Source: a virus
Length of the DNA: 64,000 bases
Virus record (IMG/VR): IMGVR_UViG_3300040801_002290
Span: 32,001 to 96,000 of that record
Reading direction: 5' to 3' (one strand)
Within the stretch, counting starts at the first letter, position 1; each line of letters opens with the position of its first letter. This document shows positions 35,106 through 44,206 of this stretch, piece after piece. The notes below the pieces were generated by a model. That model saw only the letters and a list, made by a program, of their open reading frames with translations, was not told the DNA's origin and searched no databases. Position numbers and translations under genes: made by a program.

Positions 35106-35776
35106 TGTACCATTACATGCCGACAACCGTCGTCTTTGAGAGACTTGAAAGACCACAGCACCTACACGAAAGTTTTCCTTGGACCCCGGTTATGCCAAGC
35201 TACGATAACGACCTAGGAAATGCTGGAATTGACCTGGCTTCGGCAGCTACTGTAGTAGCTGAGGAAGTGGGTGCCTCTTCCAGGCTTCCATACGGGTACT
35301 TTGAAATTACCGGCTCAGACATGAATCAGGACGATATGCAGACGCTAGCCAGAGCCCTGACTGATATGGATGCCTCCGTAGATGTCTCTTTTATGGGAGA
35401 TTTAGCCCGTAAGAATGTGAGAATGGAGTACAGTTCAAACTCTCCCAAGCCCTTAAGGATGTATCAAGCGGTTATTAGAACAGGGCTTAGAGTAGCCCTA
35501 CCGACAGGGTTTCACATGAAGATAGCCTCTCGTAGTGGTTTGGGGTTCAAAAGAAACATTCTCGCCTTCCCAGGAATCATAGATAACTCCTATAGGGGAG
35601 AATTAATGATTAAGCTTTACCAGTTGACCAGCGATGAATCCCCATTTATAATCGAGGCAGGAGAGAGAATCGCACAGGGTATCTTATTCTCTACCCCAGA
35701 AATCTTCATTAGAGAGGGAGAAGTCTCTACCTCCACTCTAAGAGGAGAAAATGGTTTTGGTAGCACCGGAGCGTGA
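35105..35776 (+). CDS. dut: Trimeric dUTPase with ~60-aa insertion
   Basis: AGIDL, RSG, GIIDNSYRGE, ERIAQ, RGENGFGSTG. Confidence 0.92.
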   Translation: MYHYMPTTVVFERLERPQHLHESFPWTPVMPSYDNDLGNAGIDLASAATVVAEEVGASSRLPYGYFEITGSDMNQDDMQTLARALTDMDASVDVSFMGDLARKNVRMEYSSNSPKPLRMYQAVIRTGLRVALPTGFHMKIASRSGLGFKRNILAFPGIIDNSYRGELMIKLYQLTSDESPFIIEAGERIAQGILFSTPEIFIREGEVSTSTLRGENGFGSTGA

Positions 35777-35779
35777 TAT

Positions 35780-36049
35780 ATGGTTTACAATTACAAGTGT
35801 AGAAAGTGCGAAAACGTCTTTGATATAGACCACTCCATGAAGGTCAAGGACGCCGTAGAAGAACTTGGAGCGTCGTGTCCGAAGTGTGGTTCCACAGATA
35901 TTTTCAAGTATCTTGGTAATATGAAGACGGCACACATTCATTTCAAGGGTGTAGGCTTTGCCACAAATGACCTAGCCCTAGATAAAATCGGGTTTCCCAA
36001 ACATTACAAGGACAACCCAGAAGTACGAGAAAAGCTAAAGAATATGTAA
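35780..36049 (+). CDS. FmdB-family zinc-ribbon protein
   Basis: Y.YKC.KC...F...CPKCG...FKGVGF. Confidence 0.85.
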   Translation: MVYNYKCRKCENVFDIDHSMKVKDAVEELGASCPKCGSTDIFKYLGNMKTAHIHFKGVGFATNDLALDKIGFPKHYKDNPEVREKLKNM

Positions 36050-36063
36050 GATAGGAGGCCGAC

Positions 36064-37758
36064 ATGAGCAAAGTAGAAGAGATTATTGGGAAGCTAGATT
36101 TTTATGGCCTTGTTAGTAAAAAGACACAGTTAAAAAGGTTCAAGGGAGACCAATTCAGAGGTCTCTCTCCCTTTACAAACGAGAAAACTCCTAGCTTCTT
36201 TGTAAACACACACAACAAAACCTGGTACTGCTTCTCCTCCGGAGTTGGAGGGGGAGTGTTGGACTACGTGTCTAGAGTTGAGGGTGTGGGCAGAGATGAA
36301 GCCATACGCATTCTGGCCGACTACACGGGCATAGAATTAGAGGAAGAATCTGACCCTCACTATCACACCAAGAAGGCCCTGAAATTAGCCCTGAATTATT
36401 ACAGACAGAATACAGAGCCTTCTGTAGAATACATGGCGTCTCGTGGATTCAGCCTCGACACCGTAGAACACTATGAACTGGGGTATGCCGAGGATTCAAC
36501 TCACGGTTTATTCTCTTATCTACAAAAGAACGGAATTAAAGAAGAGCATATAGTCTCAGCGGGGCTTGGGTATAAAAGGGACGATGGAAAAGTAGTCCAC
36601 AGATACAAGAATAGAATGATGATACCAATCCGAGACGAGTATGGTAATCTCATCTCGTTTACTGGCAGGGATTTGACCGGGAATTCAAATGCAAAATATT
36701 TGCATGGACCGGTTAACGCATTGTTTCAAAAGAAAAAGGTTATCTGGGGGCTGAGAAACTCAAGAAACCTAATTTCCGAAAAGGACTATGTGATTGTCAC
36801 AGAGGGCCAACTAGACGCAATGGCCTTAGTGGACGTAGGAATTCCTGCTGTATCTATTCTAGGGGCGAATGTGTCAGAAGAACAAATGCTTCTTCTGTCC
36901 AAGCTCACTCAAAACATTTATTTTACCTTCGACAGTGACGATGCTGGAGACCGTGGTCTATTCAAGGCTTTCAAAATGGCAAAGGACCTGGATGTTGACT
37001 CCGTTATTTACGCCATTGTTCTTCCAAAAGGAAAAGACCCGGACGACTTCATTCACGAATTTGGAGCAGAGAAGTTCGACGCCCTTAGACAGGATGCTAC
37101 CTCTGATACCGCAGCAATAGTGCAGTCACTTATCAAGACACACTACAAAGATGGGGCTAGTAAAGCCTCCGTTGCAAAGAAGGTTCTTTCTGAGTTGAAG
37201 GATTCCTTTCAACAGACTTTTACATATAGAAGCATGGATTTGATTGAGCGTCTTTCTCAAGAATTCAGTATTAACCCTAAAGAGTTACAGGAGTGGATAA
37301 GAAAAGAGCCTTCTTTTAAGGGTGGAGGGGCTGTTGACAAGAAGATTGACGACATGTCCTTCCCAGCGCCGATTTATGAAAGAAGAATCCTTTACGCTGT
37401 ACTACAGGAACCTGGGCTAGTAAATAAGGTAGTTAACTCCCCGGTTTCCTTTGGTGATTTTACCTCACACCTGGTCTCTAAGACCCTATCCAATATAGAC
37501 CCCACCTGTTCACCGACCGAAGTTTTTGATATACTAAGAGACAAGCTAAATGAAGACGAGTATGATGCCGTCCTAAAGTTTTTCTCTACGGGCCTTTCCG
37601 GAGTTGACTTTGAGACTTCCTTTGACATTTTGAGGCTTAAGGTACTTCAAAGGGAGAAAGAAGCAAAGCTGGATTTTCTCGGAAGACCGGTAACGGCTAC
37701 AGAGAGCGAGCTAAGGAACGTGTTCAAAGAGATACTCGACTATAAGGAGCAGCAGTGA
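36064..37758 (+). CDS. dnaG: DNA primase
   Basis: GLSPFTNEKTPSF, R.MIPI, KYL.GP, TEGQLD, FDSD.AG, KDPD. Confidence 0.95.
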   Translation: MSKVEEIIGKLDFYGLVSKKTQLKRFKGDQFRGLSPFTNEKTPSFFVNTHNKTWYCFSSGVGGGVLDYVSRVEGVGRDEAIRILADYTGIELEEESDPHYHTKKALKLALNYYRQNTEPSVEYMASRGFSLDTVEHYELGYAEDSTHGLFSYLQKNGIKEEHIVSAGLGYKRDDGKVVHRYKNRMMIPIRDEYGNLISFTGRDLTGNSNAKYLHGPVNALFQKKKVIWGLRNSRNLISEKDYVIVTEGQLDAMALVDVGIPAVSILGANVSEEQMLLLSKLTQNIYFTFDSDDAGDRGLFKAFKMAKDLDVDSVIYAIVLPKGKDPDDFIHEFGAEKFDALRQDATSDTAAIVQSLIKTHYKDGASKASVAKKVLSELKDSFQQTFTYRSMDLIERLSQEFSINPKELQEWIRKEPSFKGGGAVDKKIDDMSFPAPIYERRILYAVLQEPGLVNKVVNSPVSFGDFTSHLVSKTLSNIDPTCSPTEVFDILRDKLNEDEYDAVLKFFSTGLSGVDFETSFDILRLKVLQREKEAKLDFLGRPVTATESELRNVFKEILDYKEQQ

Positions 37759-38651
37759 ACACAAAAAACTTCATATTTTCCGCCAGCAGCGTGAAAGAGT
37801 ACATGCAATGCGGATTGAAATTTAAATTCAATAGGATAGATAAACTCGAAAAGACAGATGTTTCCTCCCACCACAGGTGGTTTGGAACTCTGGTACACAA
37901 TCTAATCTACGCTTCTCTATCAGAGCCAGCAGAAGACTTGAAGAAGATGGTGCTGACCAACAAGATAAACGAAAAGTACCCTATGAAAATCTTTGAAACG
38001 GTCTGGAAAGAAAAGGAAAGCGAAGACCTGATGGTTCAGACCATAAGAAAAGATTTGGGAGAAAAACCGGTAGGTCGATTTATGAGGGGCAAGATAGTTT
38101 CCCTTGGAATAAACGACCCCGACATTACTCAGGCTCAGCTTGAGAAGGGCTGGAAAGCCGAAGCCAAAAAGATGGTCAAAAACGGCATCTCTGTGGTCAA
38201 AGAGATTCCAGAGATTGTTGAGCTAGAAAGAAAACTCTTCTGGATTTTTCAGAACAGAAAGTTTTTGGGTTACGCAGACATTCTAGCCAAAGATGAGAGT
38301 GGAAGATATACCTTCTACGATTTTAAGACCACCTGGGACAAACCCGGAAAAAGACTTGACGACGATTTTCAGTTCTTTTCCTACTCTCACGCATTAAAAT
38401 CTTACTACAACCTAGATTATTATCCAGTAGGAAATTACGTACACCTAAGAAGTGGTGACGTTATACCTTACGAGGTTACACCAGAGATAATTTCCAATAT
38501 GAACAGAAAAGCCAAGAAAGCCTTTGATAACATGGAAGCAAATATCTTCTTCGATGATTACGGTGGCTCCCTCTGTCCCTATTGTGACTTTAGACATATA
38601 TGTTACGGGAAAGATTCTGACGTGTGGAAGAACTCTTCCTTTGGAGGCTGA
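37755..38651 (+). CDS. PD-(D/E)XK (Cas4/AddB-like) nuclease
   Basis: S.S....Y.QC, G.ADI...YDFKT, C-term C..CDFR.IC. Confidence 0.8.
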   Translation: MNTKNFIFSASSVKEYMQCGLKFKFNRIDKLEKTDVSSHHRWFGTLVHNLIYASLSEPAEDLKKMVLTNKINEKYPMKIFETVWKEKESEDLMVQTIRKDLGEKPVGRFMRGKIVSLGINDPDITQAQLEKGWKAEAKKMVKNGISVVKEIPEIVELERKLFWIFQNRKFLGYADILAKDESGRYTFYDFKTTWDKPGKRLDDDFQFFSYSHALKSYYNLDYYPVGNYVHLRSGDVIPYEVTPEIISNMNRKAKKAFDNMEANIFFDDYGGSLCPYCDFRHICYGKDSDVWKNSSFGG

Positions 38652-39109
38652 TTAACATAGCAATCATCATACACTTACCAGACGAACAAAAGAGCGTTTC
38701 GGTACCGGATTGTAGCAATCTCCAGGAGTTGGGCTCTCACAAAAGCAAGTCCCTACAGCGGGTCGCTTTTAGCCACATATTTTTCCAAAAGATTTTTGGG
38801 TATATGGAGCTTATCAATACCGGAGAGTTAACTCACGAACAGGCTCAGGAACACATTAAAGACTTTGCACAGGCGTATAACGCTAACATACTAGACTTTG
38901 ACTCGGAGCCCGATGATGATATCTCAAACAGAGTTTTTGATATTATGAAGAGCGATGAGTTTAGCGAAAAGTACCAGACGTTTCTGCAAGTGGTCAGCGG
39001 AGAAATATTCAGGCTATTTGCTAGCGGTGCCATGTCTTACGAGGAAGGAGACACGGAGTTGGGGATTATGCCTTCATACATGACTTCCTTGATTCCTACA
39101 AAAGCATGA
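38624..39109 (+). CDS. Hypothetical protein
   Basis: 161-aa ORF in operon. Confidence 0.55.
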   Translation: MEELFLWRLINIAIIIHLPDEQKSVSVPDCSNLQELGSHKSKSLQRVAFSHIFFQKIFGYMELINTGELTHEQAQEHIKDFAQAYNANILDFDSEPDDDISNRVFDIMKSDEFSEKYQTFLQVVSGEIFRLFASGAMSYEEGDTELGIMPSYMTSLIPTKA

Positions 39110-39534
39110 TAAAACTTAAAAGTGATTTAGTAAGCATAGAAGTAGACCCATCCAACCCTCTTTACAGCGTTTTGGCTAAGTTTGTTGGCGAGGTCTTCTT
39201 CGTACAGTCAACAGAAGAGAAAAAAGAGGAGAAGCCAGTAAGGGAAGCTCCTAAAAAGAAGAACACTATAAGTCACCCAACCGAGGGTGTCTCGGTCAAT
39301 ATAGCAGAGTACCTTTTTGAGCTAGACAAACTCTTTCCTGACGAGAAGAGCGTGACCAAGAGCATTCTAAAACAGCACGCTGTGAGATTCTTTGGGGTTT
39401 CAGAAGGAGTTAAAACAGGTAACTACGCGGCTATCTCACCATTCTCATCTGACCAGTATGTAACATGCGTTAGGATGTTGGACGACACGCCAGCCTATCT
39501 AACCGTACCTATGAAATGGATAACCACATTATGA
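39106..39534 (+). CDS. Hypothetical protein
   Basis: 142-aa ORF in operon. Confidence 0.55.
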   Translation: MIKLKSDLVSIEVDPSNPLYSVLAKFVGEVFFVQSTEEKKEEKPVREAPKKKNTISHPTEGVSVNIAEYLFELDKLFPDEKSVTKSILKQHAVRFFGVSEGVKTGNYAAISPFSSDQYVTCVRMLDDTPAYLTVPMKWITTL

Positions 39535-39749
39535 AAGCAATGGGAGTAGGAAGATATGTAGCAATAAAAATATCCTCTGTTAATGAGGATATAGGTGAGT
39601 CCATGCAGGATGTAGAAGAGTTGAGTATTTCTTCCGGAGACACAATCTTTTTTAGCCCGAGTGGAATAACTTTACAGGGGGACAACAAAGAAATCTTTAC
39701 TTTCGTAAGGCCAGAGGACATCTACGGGATAGTTACTGAATTATCATAA
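39516..39749 (+). CDS. GroES-like co-chaperonin fold protein (short)
   Basis: I.SGDTIFF...EIFTFVRPEDIYGIV matches the GroES C-terminal half. Confidence 0.5.
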   Translation: MDNHIMKAMGVGRYVAIKISSVNEDIGESMQDVEELSISSGDTIFFSPSGITLQGDNKEIFTFVRPEDIYGIVTELS

Positions 39750-39783
39750 TTCTCATTTAATAATATTGTATAGTGTTGTTACT

Positions 39784-40134
39784 ATGAAAAACACATACAT
39801 ATCAGAAGTCAGAACAGAATTAAAGGGAACTCCCGGCTCAAAAGATTTAGACCTCTCGTTCTCTGTAAATTATTACGATAGAGACGGGGAACTAGCTCTT
39901 TATATATTTAGTGACTACAGCGACGAAATAACAATCTTTTCTTTCAAGCCAGCGTTACGGTTAGAGTTAGCAATACCATTTCTTCACTCGTGGCATATTT
40001 ACGAAGATATAAACCAGACTATAATGACCTGTAAAGTACCCGCTGGTAAAAATTTCTTTGAGGAAGACTTTTCTGTTCTAAATTCACTATTAGGATTTGA
40101 ATACAATAGGGATTTTATATTCAATAGATGGTAG
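39784..40134 (+). CDS. Hypothetical protein
   Basis: AT-rich ORF, ATG at 39784. Confidence 0.5.
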   Translation: MKNTYISEVRTELKGTPGSKDLDLSFSVNYYDRDGELALYIFSDYSDEITIFSFKPALRLELAIPFLHSWHIYEDINQTIMTCKVPAGKNFFEEDFSVLNSLLGFEYNRDFIFNRW

Positions 40135-40143
40135 GAGGATAGT

Positions 40144-40605
40144 ATGAACTACACAACTGAGCAAGTCATAGACTACATTAAAACAACTTCACCACAGACC
40201 AAAATCTACGTAGGTTGTGACTCAAGACAATCGGGCAAAAACACCATCTTCGTAACAGTAGTAGTAGTACACTTGGACGGAAATAAGGGAGCTAAGGTTT
40301 TTCCTTTCATTGAAACCGTCCCCAGGATTAAGTCACTAAAGTGGAGACTAATTCAGGAGACACACTACGCTACCTACAAGGCACTTGAGGTTAAGGAAGC
40401 GGTTGGAGACAGGGAGTTTTACGTACACCTAGACTATCACCCATCCGATAAGCACAAGTCCAACACAGTTGTGAAAGAAGCAATCGGTTTCGTTGTGGGT
40501 CAAGGTCTAGACTATGAGTTGAAGCCATACGCTCACGCAGCGTCATCAGCCGCAGATTATTTAGGAAGACACGGTGGTGTGTTCAGACACCCGCTAAACG
40601 CATAG
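40144..40605 (+). CDS. Ribonuclease H-like YkuK (DUF458) family protein
   Basis: YVGCDS, RL..E, VHLD, SN, KP.A.AAS.AAD. Confidence 0.85.
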   Translation: MNYTTEQVIDYIKTTSPQTKIYVGCDSRQSGKNTIFVTVVVVHLDGNKGAKVFPFIETVPRIKSLKWRLIQETHYATYKALEVKEAVGDREFYVHLDYHPSDKHKSNTVVKEAIGFVVGQGLDYELKPYAHAASSAADYLGRHGGVFRHPLNA

Positions 40606-40611
40606 AAAAAT

Positions 40612-40630
40612 CCCAGGGTTAATCCCTGGG
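40612..40630. terminator. Terminator between convergent transcription units
   Basis: CCCAGGG-ttaat-CCCTGGG flanked by A and T runs. Confidence 0.7.
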
Positions 40631-41092
40631 GTTTCTCTTATCATATTCTTCTTTGTCTTTCTTAAGAAGCTCCTCTAGTTCATCTAGTCGAGCTTCTCTT
40701 TCTTTGTCCTCGTCCGAAGGTACCCACACTTTTATCTTATCCTTATTCTCATTTACTATTCTGTTAACTTCCCTCTCAACCAATTCCTCTATAAGTTTTG
40801 CCAAGCTCTCCTGGTCTATCTCCACGTTAGTACCTGGGGCTGGTTTGAAGTTTGAGAAGAACTTACTAAGACCCCCCAAAAGACCAATGATGAGAGGCAG
40901 ATTCTTTAGTATAAGAGGCAGGGTTGTTAGGAGCAAGGAAAGAATGCTCGTAACTCCAATGGACTTTGGAATCTCTGGTACATTGGAGGAAACTATAATT
41001 TCCTCTGACTCGACCGGCTCTTCGTGTACTAGCTCTACTTCTTCCTTCATTTCTTCGAATAGAGCATCAAACTCTTCTCTATTATCTGACAT
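40619..41092 (-). CDS. Membrane-anchored acidic protein
   Basis: One central hydrophobic segment; AGGAGG SD. Confidence 0.6.
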   Translation of the reverse strand: MSDNREEFDALFEEMKEEVELVHEEPVESEEIIVSSNVPEIPKSIGVTSILSLLLTTLPLILKNLPLIIGLLGGLSKFFSNFKPAPGTNVEIDQESLAKLIEELVEREVNRIVNENKDKIKVWVPSDEDKEREARLDELEELLKKDKEEYDKRNPRD

Positions 41093-41109
41093 TGTTACCT
41101 CCTAATAAA

Positions 41110-41137
41110 AAACGGGGCTGCTTTCACAACCCCGTTT
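41110..41137 (-). terminator. Intrinsic terminator
   Basis: AAACGGGGTTGT-GAAA-GCAGCCCCGTTT followed by a T run. Confidence 0.8.
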
Positions 41138-41154
41138 AAAACCTCATAGGTTTA

Positions 41155-41589
41155 TTACTCTTTTACTTCAAGCTCGTGTAGTCTCTTGGCAGCAGAGGCG
41201 GCAACCTGACGGTCAGCCTTGGCCATACCGTTAGAGCCTAGGAAAGCAACTGCTACTAGGAAAGCAGCCTGTAGTGCGCCCTGTAGACCGGAAACTCCTG
41301 CTAAATATCCTAGGGAGAAGTATCCACCCACACCGGCAATAATTACTGCCACACCTAGAGAGAGCCACTGAGTTGCCTGACCGTCGGTGTTAAACCAATC
41401 CTTACCAAGAGCGGTAAAGATTTTGGTAATCCACGGAACGATTAGGGAAGCGGCGATTAGAACACTCTCAGCACTGGTAAACCAGGTTGAGGGGTCAAAC
41501 ACGATAACATCCTGTGCAATTCCTACGCCTACTAGAGTAAACGCTAGAAGAGCGGAGAAGAAGGTAATCATTCTTAGTTTCATAGTCAT
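41155..41589 (-). CDS. Membrane protein, holin-like
   Basis: Signal-like N-terminus plus 3 TM segments; close to the endolysin. Confidence 0.5.
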   Translation of the reverse strand: MTMKLRMITFFSALLAFTLVGVGIAQDVIVFDPSTWFTSAESVLIAASLIVPWITKIFTALGKDWFNTDGQATQWLSLGVAVIIAGVGGYFSLGYLAGVSGLQGALQAAFLVAVAFLGSNGMAKADRQVAASAAKRLHELEVKE

Positions 41590-41603
41590 ATTTAATCTCC
41601 TAC

Positions 41604-42524
41604 TTACTGACGCTTGTATCCAGTACCGTATGCGTCTGCGTTGGTGTAGCTCACTCCATCAATAGATACGGTGGGTGCCTGAGGTTCTGCCATATCGCCA
41701 GCATCGGTATCGTAGAAGTATCCATCCCTAAGAAGAGCATCGCCACTACGGTTGATTGGGGCCATTGCTTCGGAAGGAATTCCGCCGCGCCAGCGAAGTA
41801 GACGGCTAGGAATCTGCATAACGTTGCTATCCAAATCAGTTACGTCGGACTGCATGTAGATGAAATCGAATAGTGGACGGTCATTGTTAATGTACATGGG
41901 CTCAAAGTACACAACCCCGCTGACAACAGGTGCGTCATTTACATCGACCCAATCACCGGAGAGGCTGTGAAGTTCGCTCACCTTAGAGCGGGAAACTCCA
42001 CGAGGTAAAACGAACCCGTACCTGTTAAAGCCCTTTACAGGAAATGCCTGTACGTATTCAGAGAAGCTACGAACCTTTCTGGAAAGGTCTGGTGCCAACA
42101 TGTCTAGGCCCAACTGGCTTCCAATCCCAGTCAAATCTTCTCCTGGGTCAGAAAAGCCGACGGCAGAGGAAGGTACCTGAACAAGAATACGCTCTTCTTT
42201 AGTCCCGCTTACGCTGTAATAGTAAAGAAGGTGTACAGGAAGGACTTGAGGAACTACAATAGTACGCTCATGTACCTGTACGCCGATACCATAAGCACCA
42301 GGGTCGTATCCCTTGTCGGTAGTATCGGTTCCAGTTACAAAGGTTGCCCACTCGCGCTGGAAGGTCTCTGGGTAGGTAGCGGCAGAGGTACCAGCGGGGG
42401 TAATCTGAGCCGTACGTGGCATAGAGTGTTTGCCGGGTAGGTAGGTTTCCGTAACTTCGAATTTTCCGGTCTGGACGTATGCAGTAGTTAGATAGTCAAA
42501 CCAGACTTGTCCTTGGTCTGTCAT
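41604..42524 (-). CDS. Hypothetical, probably virion-associated protein
   Basis: 306-aa ORF with GGAGG SD. Confidence 0.6.
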   Translation of the reverse strand: MTDQGQVWFDYLTTAYVQTGKFEVTETYLPGKHSMPRTAQITPAGTSAATYPETFQREWATFVTGTDTTDKGYDPGAYGIGVQVHERTIVVPQVLPVHLLYYYSVSGTKEERILVQVPSSAVGFSDPGEDLTGIGSQLGLDMLAPDLSRKVRSFSEYVQAFPVKGFNRYGFVLPRGVSRSKVSELHSLSGDWVDVNDAPVVSGVVYFEPMYINNDRPLFDFIYMQSDVTDLDSNVMQIPSRLLRWRGGIPSEAMAPINRSGDALLRDGYFYDTDAGDMAEPQAPTVSIDGVSYTNADAYGTGYKRQ

Positions 42525-42539
42525 AATTTGTTTCCTCCG

Positions 42540-42643
42540 TTAAGTCTTTTTGATGGCTTAACCATCGCACAGACCGTATTTTTACCCCGACCAACACTTC
42601 TGACGGGTATGGGTGCGATGTCACTTATAAAGTCAGCATAGCA
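42540..42643 (-). promoter_or_regulatory. Extended -10 promoter and structured 5' leader
   Basis: TGcTATGCT (42643-42635); CATCGCAC/GTGCGATG stem enclosing TACCCG/CGGGGTA. Confidence 0.45.
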
Positions 42644-42663
42644 TATTTTTTTTGAAAACTCCA

Positions 42664-43083
42664 CTAATTCTCGACAATGAATCTTTTTTCCAAATCCATG
42701 CAAATAATTAGTTTTATGTAGCGCCAGAATGAGTATACTGCCAACATGGTATAGATTGGCACAGCGGTGTTTTCTGGAGACGCAAAAGCGAACATAACAG
42801 CAACAAAAACCCAAAATGCTATGTGAAAGAACACCATTAACTTTCTTAAAAAATAAGATTGAGTTCCAGCAGCTATTATAGTAGTCAATCCCAGGAATAA
42901 AGCCCAAAGACCCCAAATGCATTCAGGAGCTACTGACAAAAAAGCAGAAAAAACGGGTAATGAAAATGTGTCCCAAAATGGCAAGAGAAGCCAGAATCCC
43001 CAAGAAGCAGCGAAGAGTCCTAGTATAAATTCACCTATCTCAGCGTGTTTTTTAATTATAAAAAGAGTAGCAGCTTCTAACAT
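42664..43083 (-). CDS. Multi-pass membrane protein (holin/antiholin candidate)
   Basis: About 4 TM segments; follows the amidase. Confidence 0.55.
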   Translation of the reverse strand: MLEAATLFIIKKHAEIGEFILGLFAASWGFWLLLPFWDTFSLPVFSAFLSVAPECIWGLWALFLGLTTIIAAGTQSYFLRKLMVFFHIAFWVFVAVMFAFASPENTAVPIYTMLAVYSFWRYIKLIICMDLEKRFIVEN

Positions 43084-43112
43084 TTCTTCACCCTTCCTTA
43101 ATTTTATTATAC

Positions 43113-43811
43113 TCACTTCTTCACGGCTATGTAAAGTTTATCGCCTACAATGCTCATTCTCTCTATGGAAAGTTGTGTTTGTACCCCGTCTTCTATAATA
43201 AATACGCGCTGAAATGGGGTACTAAATGCTGGAAGCTCGTCGTTGTCTATGGCTCCACCGGCATCACCGGTTATACCCAAGTACTCTTTTACTCCCAAAA
43301 GAAGTAGGTTAGCAAACTCAAGTCTAGCTTCTACCGAGGAGTCTGCTCTGTCAATTCTATCTACCTCTACTAGAATAGAGGGACATTTGTTGTCGTCAAT
43401 ATAGAGTCTGCCAAACCTACTAGAGGTGGAGGGTCTTAAATCCCCGGTCTTCAAATGCTTGTCCACTGCCTCCGCTAATTTGATACTATCTGCACGAATC
43501 TTTTGGTTTTGACCGGCAAAATAAATCATTCTTCTTCCGCCGATATAACTATCAAAGTGAATTGATATGAACAAGTCACCCTCTTTAGCAAACTTAGTTC
43601 TCTCAGTAAGGGGGACAGTGTATTCGTCATGCTCTCTAGTTAGAACTACATCAAACCCGGACTTCTCAAAAATCTCTTTAACCGCCTTAGAATAAATCCA
43701 TGTGTAATAAGACTCAATCTTTTTCCCATCAGCAGTGACTACGCCTGGGTCTCCCTTAGGAGGCTCTGGACGCCAAACTCCACCGTGTCCTGGGTCAATG
43801 ATTATTCTCAT
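43113..43811 (-). CDS. N-acetylmuramoyl-L-alanine amidase (endolysin, Amidase_3)
   Basis: IDPGHGG, E..Y, LTR, L.ER, SIHFD, ILVE. Confidence 0.9.
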   Translation of the reverse strand: MRIIIDPGHGGVWRPEPPKGDPGVVTADGKKIESYYTWIYSKAVKEIFEKSGFDVVLTREHDEYTVPLTERTKFAKEGDLFISIHFDSYIGGRRMIYFAGQNQKIRADSIKLAEAVDKHLKTGDLRPSTSSRFGRLYIDDNKCPSILVEVDRIDRADSSVEARLEFANLLLLGVKEYLGITGDAGGAIDNDELPAFSTPFQRVFIIEDGVQTQLSIERMSIVGDKLYIAVKK

Positions 43812-44206
43812 AAATCAGGCTCCTTTGGCCAAGCCACATCACAGGGGAAACCTGGTTGCTTTGTTATGTCCCTAAGTGACTGCCTGTATTCTTTCCAAGC
43901 AGATTTAAGTTTTTCTGGTACGTCAGAGGTTTGAGTCCAATCAGAACTGAGAAGAAGTCTGTTTCTATGATACCTAATTTCCTCTGATAGCTCCTCTTCC
44001 GATGGTGCTGAGTATGGTTCTACTATTATTTTTCCAGACTCTGCAAGTGATTTTAGATTAAAAAATAACTCTTTTCCATACTCAACATCGTCATAAGGAG
44101 TTGCATGAAACGGAATCCAGCCATATTCTTCGTGCAAAACATCACAGGAGATAGTACCTAAGTCAGTGTATTTAAAGTTTTTTGCTTCAAGTATAGGACT
44201 ATGCAT
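43808..44206 (-). CDS. Tail fibre assembly chaperone
   Basis: GWIPF.A.P.D..E.G, R..RN.LL..SDWTQ..D, W..YRQ.LRD. Confidence 0.88.
   Translation of the reverse strand: MHSPILEAKNFKYTDLGTISCDVLHEEYGWIPFHATPYDDVEYGKELFFNLKSLAESGKIIVEPYSAPSEEELSEEIRYHRNRLLLSSDWTQTSDVPEKLKSAWKEYRQSLRDITKQPGFPCDVAWPKEPDL

Noticed and set aside
42521-42922. 133-aa minus-strand ORF
   Set aside because: Overlaps the membrane gene 42664-43083 in another frame and spans a promoter/leader
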